DNA of 64,000 nucleotides from Candidatus Eiseniibacteriota bacterium (lineage in GTDB: Bacteria; Eisenbacteria; RBG-16-71-46; JABDJR01). The DNA lies in contig CAWANH010000029.1 in the NCBI GenBank assembly GCA_963783375.1, positions 1,184,001-1,248,000 on the forward strand. Reading direction: 5' to 3'. Every line of letters begins with the position of its first letter. Positions within the stretch are counted from its first letter, which is position 1. A program made the translations under genes and the position numbers. A model generated the notes under the pieces. That model saw nothing but the letters and a program-made list of their open reading frames with translations. It searched no databases and had not been told where the DNA came from. This document shows positions 43,319 to 53,164 of the stretch, piece by piece.

Positions 43319-44704
43319 TCAACGCAGGGCCACCCCGGTTGCGTGAAGAAGGAACGTGGCGAATCCGAAATAGATGAAGAGGCCCACCACGTCGTTGGAC
43401 ATGGAGACGAAGGGGCCGGTGGCGATGGCCGGGTCCACCTTGATGCGGTGGAAGAAGAGCGGCACCAGGGCGCCCATGGTGGCGGCCACCAGGACCGCGC
43501 AGCTCATGGCCACCCCCACCACCACCCCGTAGAACCACTGGCCCCGCCAGAAATAGGCCACCGACCCCACGATCACCCCGCACATGAGCCCAAGGAGAAG
43601 ACCCACCCGCGCCTCGCGCAACACCACGGTCACCACGTCCCGGGAACGGAGCCGCCGGATGGCCAGGCGCCGCACCATGGTGACCGCGGCCTGGCTGCCC
43701 GCGTTTCCGCCCATGGCGGTGATCACCGGCACGAAGACCACCAGGGCGATCACGACCTCCTGGAGTAGACCGGCGAAGTGGCGGAGCACCGCCCCGGCCA
43801 GGAGCCCCCCGAAAAGGCTGGTGACGAGCCAGGGGAGCCGGAGCACCGCGATCCGCTTGACCGAGGACTCGTCGAACTCCTCCCCCGCGGTCCCGGCCAT
43901 GCGGGCGATATCCTCTTCCGCCTCCTCCCGCATCACGTCCACCACGTCGTCCACGGTGATCCGTCCCAGGAGCGTGCCGTCCGCGTCCACCACCGGCGCC
44001 GAGAAGAGGTCGTAACGCCGGAAGATGTTGGCCACCTCCTCCTGGTCCATCTCCGGGTGGAGGCGGATCGGATCGGGGTCCATGGCCTCCACGACCGGGG
44101 TCGAGGAGTGGCGGAGCACCATCTCCCGCAGGGAGAGGCTGCCCCTGAGCTTTCCCTGGCCGTCCACCACGAACACGAAGAAGAACGCATCCAGTTCCTC
44201 GCTCGCCGCGCGCACCGCCTCCCGGGCGTTTCCCACCGTGCCCTCCACGTTCACGGTGACCACCTCGGTGGCCATGATGCCGCCGGCGGTGTCCTCGTCG
44301 TAGACCAGGAGCGACCGCATGGCGGCCAGCTCTTCGGGCTCGATCCCCATCAGCACCTTGCTGGCCAGTTCTTCGGGGAGGCCCTGGACCAGGTCGGCGG
44401 CGTCGTCCGAGTCCATCTCCTCCACGAGATCGGCCAGCTCGTGGTGGGGAAGGTCGGCGATCACGCGCTCCAGGATCGGCGGGGGGAGTTCGGTGAGAAC
44501 GTCCGAGGCGACCTCGGGGTCGCTGATCAGGCTGAAGAGGTAGCGCTGGTCCTCCTCGTCGTCCAGCGACGAGATGAGGACGGCGATGTCCGCGGGGTGG
44601 ATGTTCAGGAGAACGGTCTTGATCGCCGCATCGCGACGCTCCTCCACCAGCGGGAGGAGGTCGTCCTTCACACCCTCGATGAGCGGGCGGGCGACGCGAT
44701 CCAT
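43319..44704 (-). CDS. mgtE: Magnesium transporter MgtE
   Basis: HPADIA, MDSDDAAD, TAGGIM, CBS pair, RLPWL, MGGNAGSQ, DPAIATGPF. Confidence 0.95.
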   Translation of the reverse strand: MDRVARPLIEGVKDDLLPLVEERRDAAIKTVLLNIHPADIAVLISSLDDEEDQRYLFSLISDPEVASDVLTELPPPILERVIADLPHHELADLVEEMDSDDAADLVQGLPEELASKVLMGIEPEELAAMRSLLVYDEDTAGGIMATEVVTVNVEGTVGNAREAVRAASEELDAFFFVFVVDGQGKLRGSLSLREMVLRHSSTPVVEAMDPDPIRLHPEMDQEEVANIFRRYDLFSAPVVDADGTLLGRITVDDVVDVMREEAEEDIARMAGTAGEEFDESSVKRIAVLRLPWLVTSLFGGLLAGAVLRHFAGLLQEVVIALVVFVPVITAMGGNAGSQAAVTMVRRLAIRRLRSRDVVTVVLREARVGLLLGLMCGVIVGSVAYFWRGQWFYGVVVGVAMSCAVLVAATMGALVPLFFHRIKVDPAIATGPFVSMSNDVVGLFIYFGFATFLLHATGVALR

Positions 44705-44764
44705 GACGCGTCCTTTCTCCTCGCGCCCTCTCCCCGATAGGGACGGGCAGCGTGCTTGAGCGGG

Positions 44765-45898
44765 CTAGGAAAGCGCCTGCTTCACGTCCTCGATCAGATC
44801 CTCCGCGTCCTCGCATCCCACCGAGAACCGGATGAGGCCGTCGGTCAGCCCCACCTTGCGGCGCTCGGATTCGGGAACCGACGCGTGGGTCATGGAGGCG
44901 GGATGGGAAACCAGGCTCTCCACCCCGCCCAGGCTCTCGGCCAGGGAGAATATCCTGAACCGGGGGAGCACCCGGCGGGCCTCGTCGAAGCTCTCCAGGT
45001 CCACCGAGACCATCCCCCCGAAACCGCGCATCTGGCGCCGGGCCAGATCGTACTGGGGATGGGACTCGAGACCGGGATAGATCACCCGCCTCACCGAGGA
45101 GTGGTTCTCCAGGAACCGCGCCACCTGCATGGCGTTCAGGGCGTGCCGCTCCATCCGGAGGGCCAAGGTCTTGATCCCCCGAAGGGCCAGCCAGGCGTCG
45201 AAGGGGCCGGGCACCGCCCCGGCCGCGTTCTGCAGGAATCGCAGGCGCTCGGCCACCCCCGCGTCCCGGGTGACCGCGATCCCCCCCACCATGTCGCTGT
45301 GGCCGTTCAGGTACTTGGTGCTGGAGTGGACCACCACATCCGCCCCCAGCTCGAGGGGGGTCTGAAAGAACGGGCTCATGAAGGTGTTGTCCACCACCAG
45401 ACGCACCCCCCGCTGGCGGCAGATCGCGCTCACCGCGGGGATGTCGGTGAGGATCATGACCGGGTTGGAAGGGGTCTCGATCAGGAGCATGCGGGTCCCG
45501 GGGGTGATCGCCTCCGCCACCGCGGCCGGGTCGCGGGTGGAGACGGTCCGGAAGGCCATCCCGAGGGGGTTCATGACCTGGTCGAGGAGCCGGTAGGTGC
45601 CGCCGTAGAGGTTGTCCCCCAGGAGCACCTCGTCCCCGGCGGCCAGGGTCTGGACCACGGCGTGGATCGCGGCCATGCCGCTGGCGAAGGCGATCCCGTG
45701 GTCGGCCTTCTCCAGGGCGGCCACGTTTCGCTCCAGAGCCTCCCGGGTGGGGTTCTGGGTGCGCGCGTACTCGTACCCCTTGTGCTTTCCCACCCCCTCC
45801 TGGACGTAGGTCGAGGTCTGGTAGATGGGAACCATGACCGCCCCGGTGGTGGGGTCAGGATGCTGTCCGGCGTGGATGGCGTCGGTGGAGAAACCCAT
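44765..45898 (-). CDS. Cystathionine gamma-lyase/synthase (Cys/Met metabolism PLP enzyme)
   Basis: PIYQTSTY, YARTQNPTR, DNTF, HSSTKYLNGHSD, AESLGGVESL. Confidence 0.93.
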   Translation of the reverse strand: MGFSTDAIHAGQHPDPTTGAVMVPIYQTSTYVQEGVGKHKGYEYARTQNPTREALERNVAALEKADHGIAFASGMAAIHAVVQTLAAGDEVLLGDNLYGGTYRLLDQVMNPLGMAFRTVSTRDPAAVAEAITPGTRMLLIETPSNPVMILTDIPAVSAICRQRGVRLVVDNTFMSPFFQTPLELGADVVVHSSTKYLNGHSDMVGGIAVTRDAGVAERLRFLQNAAGAVPGPFDAWLALRGIKTLALRMERHALNAMQVARFLENHSSVRRVIYPGLESHPQYDLARRQMRGFGGMVSVDLESFDEARRVLPRFRIFSLAESLGGVESLVSHPASMTHASVPESERRKVGLTDGLIRFSVGCEDAEDLIEDVKQALS

Positions 45899-46096
45899 TG
45901 TGCCTCCTCGTGGGCGATGCGGAGCCCGGCCGCGCGGATGCGCGAGGCGAAGCGGCTCGAGCGTCCGGGCCGGGCGGAGCCGACCGCGCCCACGCGCGGC
46001 GGCCGGGTAACGTTACGGGGGACCCGGAGGCTGGTCAAGCGATCCGGCCGGATCGCCGGTACGGGCCCGCCCGTTCCCTCCGGACGGGGAAAGGAG

Positions 46097-46125
46097 CGCC
46101 CCCCCGGCGGTGGGCCGGAGGGGCG
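46097..46125 (-). terminator. Possible intrinsic terminator after the selenoprotein gene
   Basis: 12-bp GC stem with one mismatch and a 5-nt loop; only a weak U tract. Confidence 0.4.
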
Positions 46126-46187
46126 TGTCGGGAGCCTCGGGAATCCGGGGCCGGGAGCCCGGCCGGATCCGATCCTCTGAGCGGGGG

Positions 46188-47579
46188 TCAGTGCACCTTG
46201 GTGACGGCCTCCGCGTAGTTGAAGTTCTTGTCGAAATCCCCGGTGTGGCAGTTCCGGCAGGTGTCCTCGGTGGGAACCTTCACCATGGCCGCGGTGCCGT
46301 GAAAGGTCCCCATCCCGTGACAGCTCTCGCACTGAACGTTACGCATGGCTGGAGTGTCCACGGCGTTGGCGGTCTGCTTGGATGCGTCCGCGTTCACGGT
46401 CAACTCGTAGCCGGTGGGCTGGCCGTAGCCGGTGACGTGGCACTGGACGCACTCCGTGGAGTTCTCCTTGTGGTCCTTGGCCAGGGTGGCGAAGGCATGG
46501 GCATGGGGGGACTCGGCCCACTTGGTGTAGATCTCGCTGTGGCAACGGGCGCAGGTCTCGGCCCCGACGTATTTCTCCGTCCCCTGCATCACCGCCGCCT
46601 TGGCCGCGTTCTTCCTCTTCTCCTCCGACTTCTTGGCGTTCCAGTCGTTCTCCCACTTGGTCACCACGGCATCCATGTCGCCGTCCTTGGCGACCTTCTC
46701 GTCCAGGGGTTTCCCCTCGCCGTTGTAGTCGGCGATCTGCTTGTCGTCCCCCAGGGTGAGGTCGAGGACCGAGAGGTACTGACCCCGGGTGCCGGGACGA
46801 AGGATCAGGGTTTGACCGGTGCGGTCGGGGTTGAACATGTAGCCCGGGTTGTGACCCACCATCACCACGTCCATGCCCGGAACGTCGGTGGCCAGCTGCT
46901 TGGCGTCCCGGGGGTCCTCGTGCACCAGCGCCACCACGATGTCCGCTTTGCTCCGAAGCTCGGGGATCACCCGCTGAAGGGCGGTCTTGGGGTCCTCGAA
47001 GGTGAAGTCGTCCGCCTTCTGGATCCCCCGGGTGAGGTTGAAGTTGTAGTAGGAACCGGCGGTGACTCCGGTGATCCCCACCTTGACCCCATCCCGGTCC
47101 ACGATGACGTACTCCGGCCAGACCTCTTTCCCCGCTTTGTCCTTGATGTTGGCCGAGACCACCTTCACCTCGGGGTGGTTCTCGTACATCTTCTTCAGCG
47201 GTTCCAGGCCCGGGATCATCTCCCGCTCGCCGGGAGTGACCGCGTCATAGCCCAGCTTGGCCATCATGTCGAACTCGAAGGAGGTCTTTCCCCAGGGGTC
47301 GTAGTCGTTGTCGGCCGCGAAGTCGCCCGCGTCGACGAGGACGATGGGGTTTCCCTGTGCCCGCTCGCTCTTGATCAAGGTCGCCCTCCGGGCGAACCCG
47401 CCTAATTGCCTCTTGTGTCACCCACAGGGCGAGGTCTCGCCGTTGATCGACGAGGACCCCAGGATGGTGATGGTATTGTTCGACTTGCTCTCGCCTTGGG
47501 ATGCCGGCAAGAGCAGGAGGAACACCAGGGATAGGCCCGCCAACGAGCCCAACCACATGAGCTTACGCCTGAATTTCAT
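46188..47579 (-). CDS. Exported UshA-like selenoprotein (CGU motif) with a C-terminal tetraheme cytochrome c domain
   Basis: ATG 47579 with GAGGAG RBS and signal peptide. In-frame TGA at 47418-47420 in SPCG*HKRQLGGFARRA joins ORFs 47418..47744 and 46188..47378. DAGD/GERE/VGH motifs; CARCH, CVQCH, CESCH, CRNCH. Confidence 0.85.
47379..47398 (-). promoter_or_regulatory. Candidate bacterial SECIS hairpin
   Basis: mRNA GG-U-UCGCCC-GGA-GGGCGA-CC; the G-first apical loop starts 29 nt after the UGA. Confidence 0.6.
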
Positions 47580-47748
47580 CGTCCTCTCCTCGGGAACGGA
47601 ATCGATCTTGGCAGCCAACGACCGAAAGCATGGGGGCGCACAGTCGTAAGCGACGAGTATAGCATGGGAACCGCGCCGTCCTGCAACCTCCAGAGCTACC
47701 TCGAGTTGGCGGGGTGGATTCCCTTCCGGCCCCGGCCCGGGCAACCCC

Positions 47749-48741
47749 TTACTCGGTCCCTTCGTCCTTTTCCTTGTCCTGGGCCTTCTCCCGGGCCTTC
47801 CAGGCGGTCTCCCACCGCGTCACCACCGGACCGATGGCCGGATCCTTGGGGTAGGAATCGCTCACCGGCGTCCCCTCACCCTCGAAGTCGGCGACGGTGT
47901 TGTCCGGTCCCAGGGTGAGGTGCAGCACCGAGAGATACTGACCGCGGGTTCCGGGACTGAGCACCACCGTCTTCCCGGACTGTTCGGGGGCGAAGACGTA
48001 TTTCGGGTTGTGGCCCACCACCACGACGTCCACCCCCGGCGCGTCGGTCGCGAGTTTCTTGGCCTCGTCGGGGGACTGGTGAACGAGCGCCACCACGATG
48101 TCGACCTTGCCCTGGAGTTCCCCCTCCACGCGCCGGAGCGCCTGGGCGGGATCCTCGAAGGTGAAGTCGTCCGACGTCTGTACCTTCCGAGCCACGTTGA
48201 ACTTGTAGAAGGCGTCGCCGGTGACCCCGGTCACCCCGATCTTGATCCCGCCCTTCTCCACGATCACGTACTCCGGCCAGATCCGGTTGCCGGAGGCGTC
48301 CATCACGTTGGCCGACACCACCTTCACCTCGGGATGGGCGGCACACACCTCTTTCAGGGACGCGAGCCCGTCGACCATCTCCCGCTCGCCGGGGGTGACC
48401 GCGTCGTATCCCAGCCGGGCCATCATCTCGAAGATGAAGGCGGTCTTCTTGTGGCGCTCGAAACCCCGGTCCGCCCCGAAATCCCCCGCGTCCACCAGGA
48501 GAACCGGGTTCCCGGCGTCCCGCACCTCTTTGATCACGCTGGCCCTGCGGGGGAAGCCCCCCAGGTCCCGCTTCGCGCAGCCGCAGGAGGTGATCTCCCC
48601 CTCGATGGAGGCGGATCCGATAACCGTGAGGGTGGAGCCCGGGACCGCCTCGCCCCGCGCCGCGGGAAGGACCAGCAGCAGGGCCACGGCCAGCCCGGCG
48701 GGGAGGCTCAGTCGGCCCAAGGTGCGCGTACTAATCATCAT
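47749..48741 (-). CDS. Exported UshA-like protein, Cys paralog (CGC motif) without a heme domain
   Basis: Signal peptide; TSCGCAKRDLGGFPRRA, VDAGD, YDAVTPGERE; collinear with the downstream paralog. Confidence 0.85.
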   Translation of the reverse strand: MMISTRTLGRLSLPAGLAVALLLVLPAARGEAVPGSTLTVIGSASIEGEITSCGCAKRDLGGFPRRASVIKEVRDAGNPVLLVDAGDFGADRGFERHKKTAFIFEMMARLGYDAVTPGEREMVDGLASLKEVCAAHPEVKVVSANVMDASGNRIWPEYVIVEKGGIKIGVTGVTGDAFYKFNVARKVQTSDDFTFEDPAQALRRVEGELQGKVDIVVALVHQSPDEAKKLATDAPGVDVVVVGHNPKYVFAPEQSGKTVVLSPGTRGQYLSVLHLTLGPDNTVADFEGEGTPVSDSYPKDPAIGPVVTRWETAWKAREKAQDKEKDEGTE

Positions 48742-48897
48742 TCTCTCCTCGATCTCGAGAAACCGTCCCCACCGGCCCGGCCGGCCGCAGGAGCCGGTAA
48801 TCGTCGTCGGGGGGAGCCTCCCCCGTCAAACCCCAAAGTCTACCCTGGGTTGGCGGCGGTGATTCCCCCAAAAAAGCCTCCCGCCCCCCCGACGGGC

Positions 48898-51800
48898 TCA
48901 CGGCAGCATCCGGGTGATGCCGGAGAGCCCGCTGCCGGCGTTTCGGCCCTGCTCGTACTTCACGTCCGGCATGGCCTTGGCGTTGATCCGGAAGTAGAAC
49001 GAGGTGTCGGTTCCCAGCTGGTTCCGGCTGAACTGGGCCTCCCAGCAGTGGAGGTCCCGGCGGAGGCCGATCGACTCGCCCGACACCTTGTGGGCGGTAA
49101 GGTCCCAGGTGCTTGAATAGGTGACCGACCAGTTCTTGGTGATCTGGACCGAGGCGTTGGTGTTCAGGGTGGTGGTGGTCTTGATCCGGTCGCCGACCCG
49201 GGATCCGCTGTAGGAGAGGCTGAAGTTGCTGTTCCAGCGGAGGGCCTCGTCGGAAGCGGGGCTCGACCCCACCTGGTCCAGGGCCGAGCGCCCCAGGTTG
49301 GCCCCCAGCCGCTCCCAGGTCCCCGTGTCGCGGAACGGGTCCTCGGGGCCGGCGGTGGCCTCCCCCGCCTCCGCCCCGGGGAGGAGCCCCCCCAGCCCGA
49401 AGTTGGCCCGGAACCCGTAGTTCAGGAACCGGAACTGATGGTAGGGGTCGTGGTTCGAGTTGAAGCTCATGTTCACCCCGTACACGGTGGGGATGTCCAA
49501 GTTGGAGGACACGTTGCTCCATCCCCGGGTCCCCCGCTTCTTGGCCAGGAAATCGTATCCCGAACCCAGGGACCACTCGAGCAGGTTGATCCGTTTGATG
49601 CTCTCCCCGGAGCGGACCTTGGCCTGGAGCCCGTTCCGGAGTCCCAGGCTCACCGATTTCTGCTCGAACCCGCCGATCCCCGGGAACCGGTTGTGCCGGT
49701 TTCCGTCGGCATCCACGTAGGTGAGGCCGTTGAAGCTCGGCTGGTACCTGAACGTCGCGTTGGGCTGGAAGGTGTGGCGAAGGGCGGTGACCGGTCCGAT
49801 CCCCCCGAAGGTCCCGTAGATCGCGGTCCCCGTACCCACCGAGAGGTTCCAGACCGCGGCCCGGCGGAAGCCCTTCACGGTGTCGGTGGCCGAGTACTCG
49901 CGATCCGCCCAGTTCTCGGTGAGGTTCAGGGATGGCTGGAAGTTGAACACGTTCCAGAACCGCCGCGAGTCATTGAGGCTGATGGTGTGCCGGGCGGAGG
50001 ACGAGCGTTCCTTGTCGACGGCGTAGAGGGTGTCCGCGGCCGCACCCACGGTGGTGTCCGCGGGCACAAGGGTGGTCCGTTCCTTCTCGGTGTAGATGGA
50101 GGAGCCGCTGGAACTCAAGGTGAGGCTGGTGCTGGAAAGCCAGGGCCTCACCCCGCCCTTTCCCTCCGCGTCCGCCGGACGTCCAAGGGTGATCCGGTTC
50201 ATGGAGAACCGGTACTGGGGGAAGCTCTCGGTCAAGATCGTCTCGTCCCTCCCGTCACCGGGCACCACGGCCAGATTCTTGGTGCGGCTGGCGGTCAGGA
50301 ACAACGATGCCCTGGAAAACGACCGGCTCAGGGAGAGATCGGACTTGAGTATCCGATCCACCCGGTCGGCAAAGTCGTTGCCCAGGGGAAGCTGCTGGTT
50401 GTATTGCGCGTCCCGGAATGAGGCCCGGCCGGTGAGCCGCCAGTCCCCCAGGGTCATGTCGTGGGCCCCCTGAAGGTTCGAAAGCTTCTGTCCCGAGCCG
50501 AGGGTGCGCCCGAACTGCAGGTTGCCGTTCATGACGTACCGCTTGGCATACCGCCCCTCGACCTGTCCGATGAATTGCGAGGGCTGTTCGGTGTAGCTGG
50601 CGCTGGTGGTGAGATCCCAGTACTGGCTGGCCGCCCAGTAGTAGCCGAGGTTGGAGAAGGATCGCCCCTGGGTGCTTCCCAGCCCGAAGTCGATGTTGGG
50701 GGTGAGGAACCCGGAGTGGCGTCCCTTGCGGATCGAGAACACGTAGAACGGCAGGGCGAAGACCGGGATGTCCCGGATGTAGAGGGTCACCGGCTTCGCC
50801 ACCACCTTGTCCTTGAGGTAGATCCGCATCCGCTTGCTGGTGAAGTGGTAGTGGGGCGACTTGTCGTGATCGATGAGATCACAGGTGGTGTAGCTTCCCT
50901 CCCGGGCCAGGAACTGGTCTTCGCCGATCTTTCGGAGCGCGTCCGAATAGATGAATCCGTCCTGGGCTTCGGTCTTCCCGGCCCGGATCATCCCCTCACG
51001 GGTATTGAGGTTGTAGTTCATCCGGGTGCCGACGATCTGCTGGGCCGCCGTCCCCTCCCCGTGCTCCACCAGCACGGGCTTGTCCTCCGCCTCCATGTAG
51101 CGCCGGTCGGTGTAGAAACGCACCTTGCCCGCGGTGAGGGTGAGGCTTCCGTAGTCCGCCTTGGCCTCGCCCAGAAGATCCACCACGCGGTCGGAAACCG
51201 TGTAGTCCACGGTGGCGGCCTCGTAGACCACCTTCTCCGGCGCGGTTCCCGCCGCGGTGTCGGCGTGGGCGGGAACCGGCGCGGCCCCCGCCGCGGTGCC
51301 GGGGTGGGCCGGGCTCCCGGCCACGGTGTCGGGGGCCGCCCCCGGCGGGGTGGGGTTCCCCGGAGGTGGGGCCGCCGAATCGGGGGCGGCCGGCGTCCTC
51401 CCCGGCCCGGACGGAGCGCCGCCGGTGGTGTCCGGAGGCCCTCCGAGGATCCGGCCCAGACCCGCCGCGGCTTCGGCGGCCCGCTCCTCGGGGCTCATGG
51501 CGGTCGAGACATCCTTCCCCCCGAAGGTGTAGACCCCCTTGGCGTGTCCGGAGATCCGCACCCGGTGGATCTTCCCCTCCTCGATGAAGATGGTGATGGT
51601 GTCGCCCTGGGCGGCGTTGGTTCCCGCCCCGGCCTCCGCATCGGCCGGCGAGGGAATGTAGGCGCTGGTGGCGTGGTCGAACACCACCACCCGGTCCGCG
51701 GCGTCCTCCACGAAGTACATGGTGAGGGAGTCGCCGCGGACGATGCTCATCTCCCCCACGTGCAGGCTGTCCGTGGGGGCGTAGGTGACCTGCGCCCGGC

Positions 51801-53163
51801 CGTGAACGTCGGCCTGCTGGAGCACCCGGTCCTCGTCGAAGCGGAGAATGAGGGTGTCTCCGGTGAGCGTCCCGTCCGCCTCCTCCACCCGGGGGCTCCC
51901 GTAGAGGAAGGCGTTGTGGGTGTCGGCGAAGAACGAGGCGGAGTCGGCATAGGCGCGGACGCCGCCTCGGAGCACGCGCACCGCGCCCGAGGCGGAGGCG
52001 TTCCCCCCCGGATCCAGCCACACCCGCTCCCCCCCGATCCGGATCGGTCCCCCGCTCCCTCCGGTCAGGATCAGCATCGGGCGCTGGTCCACCCGGGCGC
52101 GGTCGGTGTCCAGGTCGTAGATCAGCCGCTCGCCGGTCAGGTTGGTGTTGTTTCCCGGCTCGCTGACCCGGACCTCCCCGAGCAGGATGATCTGGCGTCG
52201 TTCCCGGTACCAGTCCGCCTCCCGGGCCATGAACCGGCGTTCCCCGCGATGCCCCCGAGCGTTGCCGATCATGCGCATCACCCCGGTCTCCCGGTCGAAG
52301 CGCCCCTCGTCCCCCTCCAGCACCAGGGAGTCCGCGGGGACCCTCACCTCCACCTCGCCGTCGGCCACCAGGAGCCCGGTGTCGCGATGGTAGACCGCGG
52401 TCCGGCTTCTCCCGTGGGTTCCGGGATCGGTGAACACGACCCCGCCGCTCAGGTGCGCTTCGCCGGAGTCCACCAGATAGGTGCCGGTGGGCGCGGCGAT
52501 GGTGAGGTCCTTGTGGGTGATGAAGGGGTTGGTCACGTGGAGCACCTGGCCTTCGGGCCCGGTGGTGGCGATCAACGGCTCCCCGGTCAGCGTCCACTCG
52601 TCGGGACCGGTGATCGCCTCGGGGGCGGGGACGACCGAGGTTTCCGGCGGCGCGGCGGCGGTCTTCGGAACCGCCCCCGCGACGACCGAGGTTTCGGGGA
52701 CGGCGACGGCGGTCGGCGGGACGCCCGGAGCGGCGGTGGTCCCGGGCGCGGCCCCGGCGCCCGGCGGCCGAGCCCCGGCCACCACCGTGGTCCCCGGCGC
52801 CGCCGCGGCGCCCGCGAACGGGGTCCGGCCCGTGCTCTCCGGCGCGGCCTCGGCGATTCCCGGGGCCGGCCCCGCCCCGACGACGATGGCCCCGGTGGAA
52901 TCGACGCTCCATCCGCCGGTGAGCGCCCCGGTGGAATCCAGGCCCGATCCGGCGGTGGGCGCCCCGGTGGAGTCGCCCGTCCCCCCGGGTTGAACCGCCT
53001 GGGAGCCGGGAGAGCGGGACGCGGCGGTCGGGGAGGTGCCCAGGGGTTCGCGGAACCACGCGCACCCCCCCAGGACCGCGAGCAGCAGCACGATCCCCAC
53101 CCGGCCGGGAACCGGCCCGAGCCTGAAACGGCCGGCCATCGACGGCCCCGTGGTCGTGATCAT
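48898..53163 (-). CDS. lptD: Very long LPS-assembly protein LptD-like (several OstA-like beta-jellyroll regions plus beta-barrel)
   Basis: SYTTCD..PHYHF, PVFALPFY, GFLTP, LGYYWA and C-terminal RRDLHCWEA..FRINAK motifs; N-terminal LGGC; Pro/Ala-rich linkers. Confidence 0.8.
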   Translation of the reverse strand: MITTTGPSMAGRFRLGPVPGRVGIVLLLAVLGGCAWFREPLGTSPTAASRSPGSQAVQPGGTGDSTGAPTAGSGLDSTGALTGGWSVDSTGAIVVGAGPAPGIAEAAPESTGRTPFAGAAAAPGTTVVAGARPPGAGAAPGTTAAPGVPPTAVAVPETSVVAGAVPKTAAAPPETSVVPAPEAITGPDEWTLTGEPLIATTGPEGQVLHVTNPFITHKDLTIAAPTGTYLVDSGEAHLSGGVVFTDPGTHGRSRTAVYHRDTGLLVADGEVEVRVPADSLVLEGDEGRFDRETGVMRMIGNARGHRGERRFMAREADWYRERRQIILLGEVRVSEPGNNTNLTGERLIYDLDTDRARVDQRPMLILTGGSGGPIRIGGERVWLDPGGNASASGAVRVLRGGVRAYADSASFFADTHNAFLYGSPRVEEADGTLTGDTLILRFDEDRVLQQADVHGRAQVTYAPTDSLHVGEMSIVRGDSLTMYFVEDAADRVVVFDHATSAYIPSPADAEAGAGTNAAQGDTITIFIEEGKIHRVRISGHAKGVYTFGGKDVSTAMSPEERAAEAAAGLGRILGGPPDTTGGAPSGPGRTPAAPDSAAPPPGNPTPPGAAPDTVAGSPAHPGTAAGAAPVPAHADTAAGTAPEKVVYEAATVDYTVSDRVVDLLGEAKADYGSLTLTAGKVRFYTDRRYMEAEDKPVLVEHGEGTAAQQIVGTRMNYNLNTREGMIRAGKTEAQDGFIYSDALRKIGEDQFLAREGSYTTCDLIDHDKSPHYHFTSKRMRIYLKDKVVAKPVTLYIRDIPVFALPFYVFSIRKGRHSGFLTPNIDFGLGSTQGRSFSNLGYYWAASQYWDLTTSASYTEQPSQFIGQVEGRYAKRYVMNGNLQFGRTLGSGQKLSNLQGAHDMTLGDWRLTGRASFRDAQYNQQLPLGNDFADRVDRILKSDLSLSRSFSRASLFLTASRTKNLAVVPGDGRDETILTESFPQYRFSMNRITLGRPADAEGKGGVRPWLSSTSLTLSSSGSSIYTEKERTTLVPADTTVGAAADTLYAVDKERSSSARHTISLNDSRRFWNVFNFQPSLNLTENWADREYSATDTVKGFRRAAVWNLSVGTGTAIYGTFGGIGPVTALRHTFQPNATFRYQPSFNGLTYVDADGNRHNRFPGIGGFEQKSVSLGLRNGLQAKVRSGESIKRINLLEWSLGSGYDFLAKKRGTRGWSNVSSNLDIPTVYGVNMSFNSNHDPYHQFRFLNYGFRANFGLGGLLPGAEAGEATAGPEDPFRDTGTWERLGANLGRSALDQVGSSPASDEALRWNSNFSLSYSGSRVGDRIKTTTTLNTNASVQITKNWSVTYSSTWDLTAHKVSGESIGLRRDLHCWEAQFSRNQLGTDTSFYFRINAKAMPDVKYEQGRNAGSGLSGITRMLP

Positions 53164-53164
53164 G

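Noticed and set aside
47418-47420. Reading the TGA as a nonsense mutation or as two separate genes
   Set aside because: It aligns to Cys in the paralog's CGC motif, has a SECIS-like hairpin downstream, and the downstream part needs the upstream signal peptide.
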